This document shows positions 50,193 through 58,503 of a DNA stretch of 63,877 nt, piece after piece; the stretch's first letter is position 1, and each line of letters starts with the position of its first letter. The notes beneath the pieces were generated by a model. That model saw only the letters and a list, made by a program, of their open reading frames with translations, was not told the DNA's origin and ran no database searches. The DNA comes from a virus (taxonomy: Duplodnaviria > Caudoviricetes). Both the position numbers and the translations under genes were made by a program. Where the stretch lies: the IMG/VR virus record IMGVR_UViG_3300009027_000001, positions 1 to 63,877 of that record; one strand, given 5' to 3'.

Positions 50193-50513
50193 TTAAATGT
50201 ACTGCTCGTTACACAGTTCGCAGAGTCCGTCCAGTTCTTCAAATGTCTCCTCATCTACATTCCTGTGACACTCGACGCAGAAGCACGCGGACGGTGATAA
50301 CGTGAGCGGATCGTCGTTCTGCACACGTGATGCCAATGCGAATCTGTCCCAATCAAACTTGGGGCTGTCGTTCTTGAAGTACCCCATGATCTTGTTAGTG
50401 AGGATCGTCAGGCACAACTCATGCTCACGCTCCTTCTGTACACCTGTAATGATCTTCTCATGCTCACGCCGCAGGATGCGTGCGATCGCTTCGTAGTCTT
50501 TCTTAGTTGCCAT
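50193..50513 (-). CDS. Hypothetical early protein
   Basis: AAGGAGG RBS; TKKDY..IA...F.ND.P.FD..RF pattern plus CxxC pairs. Confidence 0.65.
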   Translation of the reverse strand: MATKKDYEAIARILRREHEKIITGVQKEREHELCLTILTNKIMGYFKNDSPKFDWDRFALASRVQNDDPLTLSPSACFCVECHRNVDEETFEELDGLCELCNEQYI

Positions 50514-50769
50514 TGTGTCCTCCTTTTGACACACACTGTGTGTACCATTCTTCGTACCCGTCCAGCCAGTAAGTCAGGAAGCTGCCATGCCAAGCAATCT
50601 CGCCGAAGTACTGCTCAGTGAACTGTGCCGCCTTGTCAATGAACAGCATCCTGTCGTGCATACTTGTTAGCCTGTCGGGGTTAGAGCCACGCTGCCGGTG
50701 ATAACGAGGAGTGGGCGCACCAATCATCAGCAGCGCGGCTCTATAACTATCTTCTCGACTCTGCGCCAT
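50503..50769 (-). CDS. Hypothetical early protein
   Basis: ORF overlapping both neighbours. Confidence 0.5.
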   Translation of the reverse strand: MAQSREDSYRAALLMIGAPTPRYHRQRGSNPDRLTSMHDRMLFIDKAAQFTEQYFGEIAWHGSFLTYWLDGYEEWYTQCVSKGGHNGN

Positions 50770-51076
50770 AGCCGATGTACTTCCGCAATCTCTGGTACAT
50801 GGGTGTGATGGTGAAGCCCTCACCCCAACCACGGACAGCGCGGCTCACTGTCTCGTACTCGTCGCCGTACAGTTCAAGGTAATAGTGCTTGGGCGCAACC
50901 AGCCGAGGTTTACGCCACCTGTCTATAACCTCGTCCAGTACCCGCCGATCCTGTCGCGTCGGCGCAGTCTTACGTGCCTGTGCCAATGCCAGACACAACT
51001 CACGCTGAATCTCTGTAGTGCGCTGTGCGCCCACGTGTCCGAAATGCAGCCAGTACTTCCAGTCTCGAGATGTCAT
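50747..51076 (-). CDS. Hypothetical early protein
   Basis: AGGAGG RBS. Confidence 0.6.
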   Translation of the reverse strand: MTSRDWKYWLHFGHVGAQRTTEIQRELCLALAQARKTAPTRQDRRVLDEVIDRWRKPRLVAPKHYYLELYGDEYETVSRAVRGWGEGFTITPMYQRLRKYIGYGAESRR

Positions 51077-51084
51077 ACATCCTC

Positions 51085-51414
51085 CTATTCACAACGTATA
51101 CACGTGAATAGAACACCATCACGCTCACGTGCCGTGGGGTCGTCCCGCATATCTGGCACAGACCAGCAGTAACTCGCGGGGTTGTCGCTGCCGTCCTCGT
51201 TCCAGCAGAACTCACAGTTAGGTGTACCAACTATCAGTTCACCGAACATTTCAAGATCAGAACCGAACAGGTCAAGCACATCGCTGAACGAGTATGCAAC
51301 ACGTGTAGGTGCATCGCATATATTCTCAAGCGCGCAGCTTGCAATCGCACCATCTTCGATTACGTCCTGCTGCATTTGTTGCAGCATAATATCCATTGCC
51401 TTCATCTTACCCAT
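51085..51414 (-). CDS. Hypothetical Cys-rich early protein
   Basis: GAGGAG RBS. Confidence 0.6.
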   Translation of the reverse strand: MGKMKAMDIMLQQMQQDVIEDGAIASCALENICDAPTRVAYSFSDVLDLFGSDLEMFGELIVGTPNCEFCWNEDGSDNPASYCWSVPDMRDDPTARERDGVLFTCIRCE

Positions 51415-51432
51415 GTTACTTCTCCTCATCAT

Positions 51433-51983
51433 TGGCTTGTATCAGGTTTGACACAAGTGTTTTTGAAAACATCTGTTACACACAGTGTGTGTCCTATTAA
51501 GTGCAAAAGGTCTAAGTTCACGTGCAGTTTCGAGGGGCGAGTTTGCACTAATACTGGCCTTTGAAATCAACAGTATAACTAATACGTGAAATAAGTGCAG
51601 CGATCTGAGAGTACAGTCAGTTATAGATGCAGGGGTGAGGGGGTTGTCGCGCCCGCTTCCCCGAACCCCGAGTCTCTCTCGCTATGGGGGGTTCTTCTCT
51701 GAAATTGATTAACTTATTTAACCTATTAGATAAGTATATGTATTGTAAGGGCGCAATACGTTAAGGGTCACGTTAAATACGTTAATCACGTTCATTTCGC
51801 TGCCAAAAGTACGGCGCTGATGATAACGCCTCGCCCCTGCCACATGAAGGTTTGAAAACATCTGAAGCTGCACCGTTTACACACAGGTGTGTGTGATCCC
51901 CGGATTCCCTACACGGTGGTGATCCCGAATTTCCGCTCGTAGGGGCGAAAGAAAAGGGGCGCAAGGCCCCTTTCCAACACCGA
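51433..51983. other. Largest non-coding region; candidate origin or control region
   Basis: AT-rich core, ACGTT(A/C)A x4, TTTGAAAACATCTG x2, two palindrome copies. Confidence 0.45.
51948..51973 (-). terminator. Rho-independent terminator, possibly bidirectional
   Basis: AAAGGGGC...GCCCCTTT hairpin flanked by A/T runs, just after the stop of 51984..52550. Confidence 0.7.
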
Positions 51984-52550
51984 TCACTCGATGCAGTACT
52001 CGTACTTCTCAAACACCTGTACCAGTTCTTTGTACAGGTTGCTGCGAGGATCGAGATTCTTGATGACGCTGTTCAGCACCGTCAACCCCGGATCGCTTGC
52101 GGCTTGTTCGGTTGATTTGTAATAGGCGTTGCAAACCGCTTTCAGCGTCGGCAGCTTAACGCCACCGTTTTTCAGCTTAGTTGAAAGGTTCCGAATTTTC
52201 CGCGCTACCTTCACCCCATTGTGCCATGTGAATGAAGTCCCGTGTCGCTTGTCCGCCTTAACCGCGTTGCAATAGCTTTCCAACACGTAGTGCGTATCCA
52301 TGATCGCACGCGCCTCGCGGCCACGTTCTTGTCCGGTACGCTCCGCCCAATGCGAGTTAGTCTCGATCAGCGCTTCAACCAATTCGCGCTGCGCGTTTCC
52401 GGGGACTGCCGCGTCGGGATAATCTTCGCCGACTGCCACACACACTGTGTGTATGAACGACGTGTGATCCAATGCGCCTCGCATGGATTCCGAGAATGCG
52501 CCGACGATCTTTTTCTTAACCGTTGCGGGAACTACTGATTTATTAGCCAT
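51984..52550 (-). CDS. First leftward early gene, hypothetical
   Basis: GAGG RBS; 188 aa; followed by its own terminator. Confidence 0.7.
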   Translation of the reverse strand: MANKSVVPATVKKKIVGAFSESMRGALDHTSFIHTVCVAVGEDYPDAAVPGNAQRELVEALIETNSHWAERTGQERGREARAIMDTHYVLESYCNAVKADKRHGTSFTWHNGVKVARKIRNLSTKLKNGGVKLPTLKAVCNAYYKSTEQAASDPGLTVLNSVIKNLDPRSNLYKELVQVFEKYEYCIE

Positions 52551-52735
52551 GATATATACCTCTGTTCAGGGTGCGCCCTTCGCGCCCGTACACTAAACAA
52601 GTGAATGGAAAGAAATACACACACTGTGTGTGCTATTGTCGGGTACGGGGGTATCGGGCCAAGGGGGGCCGCCGGTGCGTACGTCGCTTACCTCCCTCAC
52701 ACATGTAACCCCTAAAAAATGAAAAGCACACATAT

Positions 52736-52763
52736 TTGACACACGGAACATTTGTGCTACTAT
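52736..52763 (+). promoter_or_regulatory. Sigma70-type rightward promoter, probably giving a leaderless transcript starting at ATG 52770
   Basis: TTGACA-16-TACTAT with extended TGn; ATG 7 nt downstream and no RBS. Confidence 0.55.
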
Positions 52764-52769
52764 CCACCC

Positions 52770-53012
52770 ATGAATGCTCTCCCCGAAAACCTGTCACCTT
52801 GGAGCTGGTCTGATCCTGAAAAGATGCTGCGCCCGGTGGGTGATTTCTCGAGCATCTGGTCGTCGGAGGTACTTCGCGCATACCGCGATGAACTCGTCGC
52901 TAACGCCGCAGCGAGCATGGCTGCCGCAATGGACAAATCAATTTTGGAGGCTGCTGAAAATGGAAAAAATCTGGATCGTAGCGTGGGTGTTAATGACACC
53001 TTCTCAGGGTGA
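52770..53012 (+). CDS. Hypothetical protein
   Basis: ORF directly after the promoter. Confidence 0.5.
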   Translation: MNALPENLSPWSWSDPEKMLRPVGDFSSIWSSEVLRAYRDELVANAAASMAAAMDKSILEAAENGKNLDRSVGVNDTFSG

Positions 53013-53226
53013 CGGGGTTACGCATAAAAAAGAGTACGGCATTGCCGGACCTTGGGAGGAGCACTCCTGTCTCGTTATAAGGGATGAAATCATACGCTTA
53101 GCTGCTGGCCGCTCTGAACGCCACGCGCTGATAGCAACGTGCCGAAAAATGAAGCCTGAAGATGCTACACTACTCGAGAAATCGAAACCTTTGGAGTTGC
53201 GGGACGATGCAGAACGGACAACTTGA
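52960..53226 (+). CDS. Hypothetical protein
   Basis: GGAGG RBS; hydrophobic N-terminus. Confidence 0.55.
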   Translation: MEKIWIVAWVLMTPSQGDGVTHKKEYGIAGPWEEHSCLVIRDEIIRLAAGRSERHALIATCRKMKPEDATLLEKSKPLELRDDAERTT

Positions 53227-53404
53227 CGCTGACATGTATCCGATGAATCAGGATCGGATGGACTTTGGACAGCTGATGTATGCAAACTCGGTTGACTACA
53301 TCGCCGGGCATATCAAGAGGCAGGGTATGGACGTTGATGCGGCAGTGGCGATGGTCGAGAAGGACATACGTATGATGCTTGACCAGAAGTTCAGGGGACA
53401 GTAA
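53207..53404 (+). CDS. Hypothetical protein
   Basis: GGAG/GGGA upstream. Confidence 0.5.
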   Translation: MQNGQLDADMYPMNQDRMDFGQLMYANSVDYIAGHIKRQGMDVDAAVAMVEKDIRMMLDQKFRGQ

Positions 53405-53440
53405 AGTCTGCTTTCCTAACCAATGTAAGGAAACCAAGAG

Positions 53441-53683
53441 ATGTTTACTATTCGCTTCGTTCAGCACCACGATAAAGAGCGCTACAAGTCATACAGTTGT
53501 CGGGCATACGATGTCCGGCACTCCGGCACCGGAGAGGCCACCGTCCGGATGCACTTCCCCGATGGGGAGATGTACGAGGAGCAGGTCGGCTCTGAAACAC
53601 CGTATGACGTCGCATACGTCACCAACATGGACTCGCGCACTATCGACGTCGTGCGTGAAATGATGTGTCTTAAAGATGCCTAG
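53441..53683 (+). CDS. Hypothetical protein
   Basis: AAGGA RBS; AYVTN....TID motif. Confidence 0.6.
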   Translation: MFTIRFVQHHDKERYKSYSCRAYDVRHSGTGEATVRMHFPDGEMYEEQVGSETPYDVAYVTNMDSRTIDVVREMMCLKDA

Positions 53684-53846
53684 ACGCAGTATGAATGGCG
53701 TTCGCGTTCACGTGATCGTCACGAAACCACAACATAGGCGGCTCGTTGCTCTCTCTGAGGGTACGGGCCTGCCTGTGTCTGAATTACTGAGGAGAGCGAT
53801 AGACAGTTATGTCACACCAAAAACTAAAGCAGGCGATCAAGGCTGA
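53676..53846 (+). CDS. 56-aa ribbon-helix-helix (CopG/Arc/MetJ-type) DNA-binding protein, not in the ORF track
   Basis: MPRRSMNGVRVHVIVTKPQHRRLVALSEGTGLPVSELLRRAIDSY: alternating beta strand, helix, G.PVSELLRRAI helix. Confidence 0.75.
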   Translation: MPRRSMNGVRVHVIVTKPQHRRLVALSEGTGLPVSELLRRAIDSYVTPKTKAGDQG

Positions 53847-54036
53847 CGCGAACCCCGAGAAACTCGTTGCCGCGATCCAACGCCGCGACAAGAGTTATAT
53901 TCGAGGAGCGCTGCAATGGTACGAAAGGAAACAGCCAAAAGGTTGCTTAACGACTTTTCTAAAGCAAGTATATGGCTCTTGCTGATATGGACAGTGATCT
54001 TCCTGTGGGTGATCTTCTGGCCGGTGAGGATATGGT

Positions 54037-55476
54037 ATGAGTTCCGGAGACGCGAATCCGAATGCACTGAATTTTGTGACGCCTCCCACCATTGGGAAGT
54101 TCATGCTGGACACATCATTTGTGCGCCTCATCATGGGGCCGGTTGGTTCGGGAAAATCGGCAGGATGCTTCATGGAACTCCTGCGTCGTGCGCGTCTTCA
54201 GGAACCGAATGCTCAAGGTGTTCGTCAGACACGCATGGCGATCATCAGAAATACACTCCAACAGCTGAAACAGACCTGTCTGGCCGACATTCTCCTCTGG
54301 TTAGCCCCAATCTGTACGTACAAGGTGAGCGACTCCACTATTTATATTCGTTTTCCTCTGCCGGATGGCACCAAAGTGGAATCGGACTGGATGCTCATAC
54401 CCTTGGACACAAAGCAGGACCAACAGCGGCTCTTGTCCCTGAACCTGACGGGCGCTTGGGTGTCGGAGTTCCGCGAAATCGAACCTTCCTTGATCGACGC
54501 GCTCTCTGGCCGCCTCGGACGATTCCCGTCGAAAGCTATTGCGAAACCGACATGGCACGGGATCGTGGCGGAGACGAATCCACCGGATGAAGACAGTGAA
54601 TGGTACACGAAACTCGAAGTCGAGCGCCCGCCGGGATGGGCCTTTTACCGCCAACCGGGAGGTATGGACCCTGATGCAGAAAATCTCGAGAATCTGCCCA
54701 CCCTTCCGGACGGAACAACGTATTATGAAAATCTCGTCAACAACAATAACTCTGATTGGTGCGACATACACGTTCATGCCAATTATGGCAAATCGCTGTC
54801 CGGTCAGGCCGTTTTCAGAGCATCGTTCAAGCCTGATTTTCACATAGTCGATCACGAGGAGCTGGAAAAACCGTCAACCAACTCTCCTTTGATGGTTGGG
54901 CAGGATTTTGGACGTACCCCGGCGTCCCTGATCGGTCAAATCGACTCAAGAGGTCGCCTCATCATATATGACGAGGTGACATCGGAGGATATGGGAATTG
55001 AACAGTTTGCGACGACATTGCTTAGACCCCTGCTCTATGAAAAATATTCAGGGCACAGTATCTTTATGGTCGGCGACCCGAAAGGACGAGATAAGTCGCA
55101 AGTCAACGAAGATTCTCCGTTCGATGTACTCAAGCGCCTTGGGTTCGACATCCATCCGGCCCCGACCAATAATATCGACTCAAGACTTCGAGCAGTGGAG
55201 CAACTCTTGCTTCATCAGTTTGATGGAGGACCACAACTCCTGATTTCCAACCGCTGTACCACACTTACGCAGTCAATGAAGTTCTGGTACAGGTATAAGA
55301 GGAAAACAACCGGGAAATTGGAAGACAAGCCGGAAAAAACACACCCGTGGTCGGACGTCGCTGACTGTTTGCAGTACATGTGTCTCAGCACGAACGCGAA
55401 CTACATCGGTAAGTATATGGCGAAGCAAATGAACCGGACACCCAAACCAGCACCACCAACCCGAGCTTGGACATGA
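54037..55476 (+). CDS. terL: Terminase large subunit
   Basis: Walker A GPVGSGKS, RNT..QL..T, TNPP, nuclease GQDFGRTP, S.VADCLQY. Confidence 0.92.
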   Translation: MSSGDANPNALNFVTPPTIGKFMLDTSFVRLIMGPVGSGKSAGCFMELLRRARLQEPNAQGVRQTRMAIIRNTLQQLKQTCLADILLWLAPICTYKVSDSTIYIRFPLPDGTKVESDWMLIPLDTKQDQQRLLSLNLTGAWVSEFREIEPSLIDALSGRLGRFPSKAIAKPTWHGIVAETNPPDEDSEWYTKLEVERPPGWAFYRQPGGMDPDAENLENLPTLPDGTTYYENLVNNNNSDWCDIHVHANYGKSLSGQAVFRASFKPDFHIVDHEELEKPSTNSPLMVGQDFGRTPASLIGQIDSRGRLIIYDEVTSEDMGIEQFATTLLRPLLYEKYSGHSIFMVGDPKGRDKSQVNEDSPFDVLKRLGFDIHPAPTNNIDSRLRAVEQLLLHQFDGGPQLLISNRCTTLTQSMKFWYRYKRKTTGKLEDKPEKTHPWSDVADCLQYMCLSTNANYIGKYMAKQMNRTPKPAPPTRAWT

Positions 55477-55901
55477 GCCATACGGTAATTTCGGTGCCGC
55501 ATACGGGTACCAACTTCATCAAGAAGCGATTTGGAGTGTTGAACTACATTCACTCATGGGTACCTTGGGGGCAACTGTATGAAACCGCCAAAAACGCCGA
55601 ACATATCTATATCCCGATGCGAAACCCGGTTGATGTCTACCACACGTGGGTCAGACGTAACAGATTGCATGGAATCCACGGTGTGGAAGACTGGTGTCGT
55701 TCTTGGTACCAGCTGAATGCTATCTACCACTTATTTGACTGCGATGTCATCTATGTGGACAAGCAGGAAGACCCGCGCATCGACAACTGGGAAAAAGTGG
55801 CATCAAACCCGAGGCCGATGCCTGAGAAGTGGATGAAGGTGGATTATGCCGTTCTGTGGCACCTACCGATCATCAGGAACCATTATCGGCAGCCTCGATG
55901 A
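55473..55901 (+). CDS. Sulfotransferase-like P-loop protein
   Basis: SVPHTGTNF (5'-PSB-like) and MRNPVDVYHTW (3'-PB-like); ATGA overlap with terL. Confidence 0.55.
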   Translation: MSHTVISVPHTGTNFIKKRFGVLNYIHSWVPWGQLYETAKNAEHIYIPMRNPVDVYHTWVRRNRLHGIHGVEDWCRSWYQLNAIYHLFDCDVIYVDKQEDPRIDNWEKVASNPRPMPEKWMKVDYAVLWHLPIIRNHYRQPR

Positions 55902-56349
55902 TTACAGGGGCAGATTTTACATCATCGCCGGTATTGATATGAATAGCGACGTTGAAACCGGCACCGGCAGCGCCACCCTCGGCTGCGCGTTGCGTCCGAC
56001 CTGCCAAAACCGCCAGTTGCTTCACTGAGTCGATTTTTGACTGCGTCGATCCTTCGACGTTGTGGATAATTTCATCAAGGACCGGCAAAGCCTCCTCGAG
56101 TAGCATTTCCGACTTCAGAGTGATGCGTCGGCTCGCCCCGAGGTCCCCGGAGAACTTTTCCCCGGCATCCTTCAACATCTGAATGAAAAACCTGCTTCTA
56201 CGAAGCCTGTCCCATTGTGCGGTTGTCAGATTGTATTTTACGGGTACGTCTTTGGCCTCAACCAGTCCGGAGGCCAGCTCGACGCAGATAGTTGGACTCA
56301 GATGGGTATAATCCAGCTGGTCATCTGTTTCAGTTATTTCTGTAGACAT
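55873..56349 (-). CDS. Putative terminase small subunit, antisense to its neighbours
   Basis: N-terminal HTH-like segment, helical core, C-terminal beta strand GFNVAIHIN; fills the gap between terL and portal. Confidence 0.5.
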   Translation of the reverse strand: MSTEITETDDQLDYTHLSPTICVELASGLVEAKDVPVKYNLTTAQWDRLRRSRFFIQMLKDAGEKFSGDLGASRRITLKSEMLLEEALPVLDEIIHNVEGSTQSKIDSVKQLAVLAGRTQRAAEGGAAGAGFNVAIHINTGDDVKSAPVIIEAADNGS

Positions 56350-56370
56350 AAGAGGTCTATTCCAGTACAT

Positions 56371-56399
56371 TTGTGGCACGCTCACTATACCTGTACCAT
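56371..56399 (+). promoter_or_regulatory. Putative promoter for a leaderless portal mRNA
   Basis: TTGTGG-17-TACCAT; ATG 56406 lies 7 nt downstream with no RBS. Confidence 0.4.
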
Positions 56400-56405
56400 A
56401 ACGAA

Positions 56406-58502
56406 ATGGCCACAACGATCGGACAAGCTATTCCCGTCTCCACAGGCAAAAGCCTCTTGAGAGTCGTTTCCAGTCAAGAACTGAAGGCTCGAGATGACGC
56501 TGTTGAAGCGGAGATGGAAGCAGAATATGACCAGCAAGACGAGGTCACTGATGCACTAGCGGCTCATATAAGAGCACGCATGACCGACATGAGGAACTTC
56601 CGAAACGCGGAAGGAATCTCAGAACGACTTCTTCACGCCCTTCGCACCTACAAGGGCATGTACAACACTTCCCAGCTTCAGGCTATCTCACAGTTCGGCG
56701 GTAGCGACATCTACGCTCGTGTGACTGCCACCAAGTGCCGAGCAGCCACAGCCTTGCTCCGCGACGTATATCTGGGACAAGAGCGCTCATGGGACCTTGA
56801 GGCAACCCCGGAACCCAAGACACCGATGGACGTTGAAGCAATGATTCAACAGCTCGTCGGCGTCGAGATACAGACACTTCAACAGGCCGGTCAGCCTATC
56901 GACCAGCAAGCCATCGCGGATCGAGTCGAGCTTCTTCGTAAAAGCGCTCTCCGCGCCGCCAAGAAACAAGCACATGACGAAGCAGTAAAGGCTGGCGAAA
57001 AACTCGATGACATTCTGACAGAAGGCGGATTCTACGACGCATTCGCTGAGTTCCTGATCGACCTTCCCATCTTCCCTTACGCATGTCTGAAAGGCCCAGA
57101 AGTGCGTAGAGTAAGCCAGACCAAGTGGGTAAACGGCCAAGCTGTCCAAGAGTCCGTTCCCAAGATGTTCTGGCGGCGCGTGTCGCCATTTGACATTTAT
57201 TGGTCACCCGGCGCGGCTCACCCGAAACAGGCGGAATTTGTTGAGCGTATCCGTCTGACTCGGGCAGAGCTTGCGTCGTGCAAAGGATTACCCGGATACA
57301 ATGATGAAGCAATCGACAGAGTCCTCGAAGTCGCGTACCTCGACGGCATCCACGAATGGTGGGACACCATCGACACCTCCCGAGCAGAACTCGAAGACAG
57401 GGAGCGCTGGGCACGAACGGCTACCTCCCTTATCGACACTGCGGAGTTTACCGGGCATATCAGCGGAAGACTTCTTGCCGAGTGGGGCCACCCAGTTGAA
57501 GACCTAAGCCGCGAATATTTTGTAACGGCGTGGATGGTTGACCGCTGGGTCATCAAAGTACAGATCAACCCCTCAACCCAGCAACGCGCCCCTTACTACC
57601 TCTCGAATTTTGAGAAGGTCCCCGGTGCGATGGTTGGATACGGTTTGGTAGACCTGTTGGAAGATGTACAGACAGTCTGCAACGCATCTGCTCGCGCCCT
57701 AGTCAATAATGCTTCAATTTCGTCCGGCCCGCAGGTAGTCGTCAACGATGCGGTCCTGATGCCCGGCGAGAATGATGACTTGTACCCGTGGAAACGATGG
57801 CATGTCGATTATGACCCGTCGCTTGTATCCAGCGGTACCAAGCCACTTGACTTTTACCAGCCTAACATTAACGCGGCTGAACTCATGGGTATCTTCAAGG
57901 AATGGTCGATTCTCGGTGACGAGATTTCGTCTATCCCTCGTTACATGACCGGCAACGAAAAGGTCGGCGGTGCGGGTCGGACGGCTTCTGGGCTGGCAAT
58001 GCTGATGGGCAATGCCTCGAAAACCCTGCAAAATGTAGCAGCGTCGATTGATCGGGACGTTGTACGTCCTATTCTTCATTCACTTTATGATATGATTATG
58101 CTCACCGAACCGGGGGCGTTCCAAGGCGACGAACAGATTGTCGTCAAGGGCGTCAACCATGCGGTTAAACGTGAGCAAGACAGAATGCGCCAGCTTGAGT
58201 TCCTGCAACTGACAGCGAACCCGATAGATATGGCGATTGTTGGACCGGACGGACGAGCGAACATCCTTCGGAGTGTGGCACAGAATCTCGGCCTTGAGCA
58301 TGAGAAGACAGTACCGGACAATGACGAGCTGCAAGCCCGTATGATGGCTCAGCAACAGGCAGCGGCTCAACAGGGAGGAGGTGATCCGAACCAGCAACCC
58401 GGACCTAGGGATCAGCGAGCCGGGCCTGAAGCCGCGAGAGAGGAAGTCGAGGGTGATTTTACAGGCCCAACCGGAAGACCCGGTATGAGGGCGGGAGGTT
58501 GA
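56406..58502 (+). CDS. Portal protein
   Basis: About 698 aa after terL; VSPFDIYWSPGA, G.GL.DLL.D.Q, RTASGLAMLM, Gln-rich tail. Confidence 0.88.
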   Translation: MATTIGQAIPVSTGKSLLRVVSSQELKARDDAVEAEMEAEYDQQDEVTDALAAHIRARMTDMRNFRNAEGISERLLHALRTYKGMYNTSQLQAISQFGGSDIYARVTATKCRAATALLRDVYLGQERSWDLEATPEPKTPMDVEAMIQQLVGVEIQTLQQAGQPIDQQAIADRVELLRKSALRAAKKQAHDEAVKAGEKLDDILTEGGFYDAFAEFLIDLPIFPYACLKGPEVRRVSQTKWVNGQAVQESVPKMFWRRVSPFDIYWSPGAAHPKQAEFVERIRLTRAELASCKGLPGYNDEAIDRVLEVAYLDGIHEWWDTIDTSRAELEDRERWARTATSLIDTAEFTGHISGRLLAEWGHPVEDLSREYFVTAWMVDRWVIKVQINPSTQQRAPYYLSNFEKVPGAMVGYGLVDLLEDVQTVCNASARALVNNASISSGPQVVVNDAVLMPGENDDLYPWKRWHVDYDPSLVSSGTKPLDFYQPNINAAELMGIFKEWSILGDEISSIPRYMTGNEKVGGAGRTASGLAMLMGNASKTLQNVAASIDRDVVRPILHSLYDMIMLTEPGAFQGDEQIVVKGVNHAVKREQDRMRQLEFLQLTANPIDMAIVGPDGRANILRSVAQNLGLEHEKTVPDNDELQARMMAQQQAAAQQGGGDPNQQPGPRDQRAGPEAAREEVEGDFTGPTGRPGMRAGG

Positions 58503-58503
58503 G

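Larger units (their letters stand above)
43289..52631. repeat. Eight dispersed copies of the palindrome ACACACA[G/C]TGTGTGT
   Basis: 43289-43305, 46749-46763, 48931-48943 (13-bp core), 50529-50543, 51478-51492, 51879-51894 (GG centre), 52438-52452, 52617-52631. Confidence 0.9.

Noticed and set aside
51790-51895. Hammerhead ribozyme (CTGATGA at 51817, GAAA at 51854, plausible stem I)
   Set aside because: Stem II lacks a closing pair, stem III cannot form with a proper NUH site, and the second copy at 42713 has no GAAA
43289-52631. CRISPR array made of the palindromes
   Set aside because: Spacing is irregular (0.18-3.5 kb), several copies are intragenic, and there is no cas operon; the Cas4-like gene is an ordinary replication-cluster nuclease
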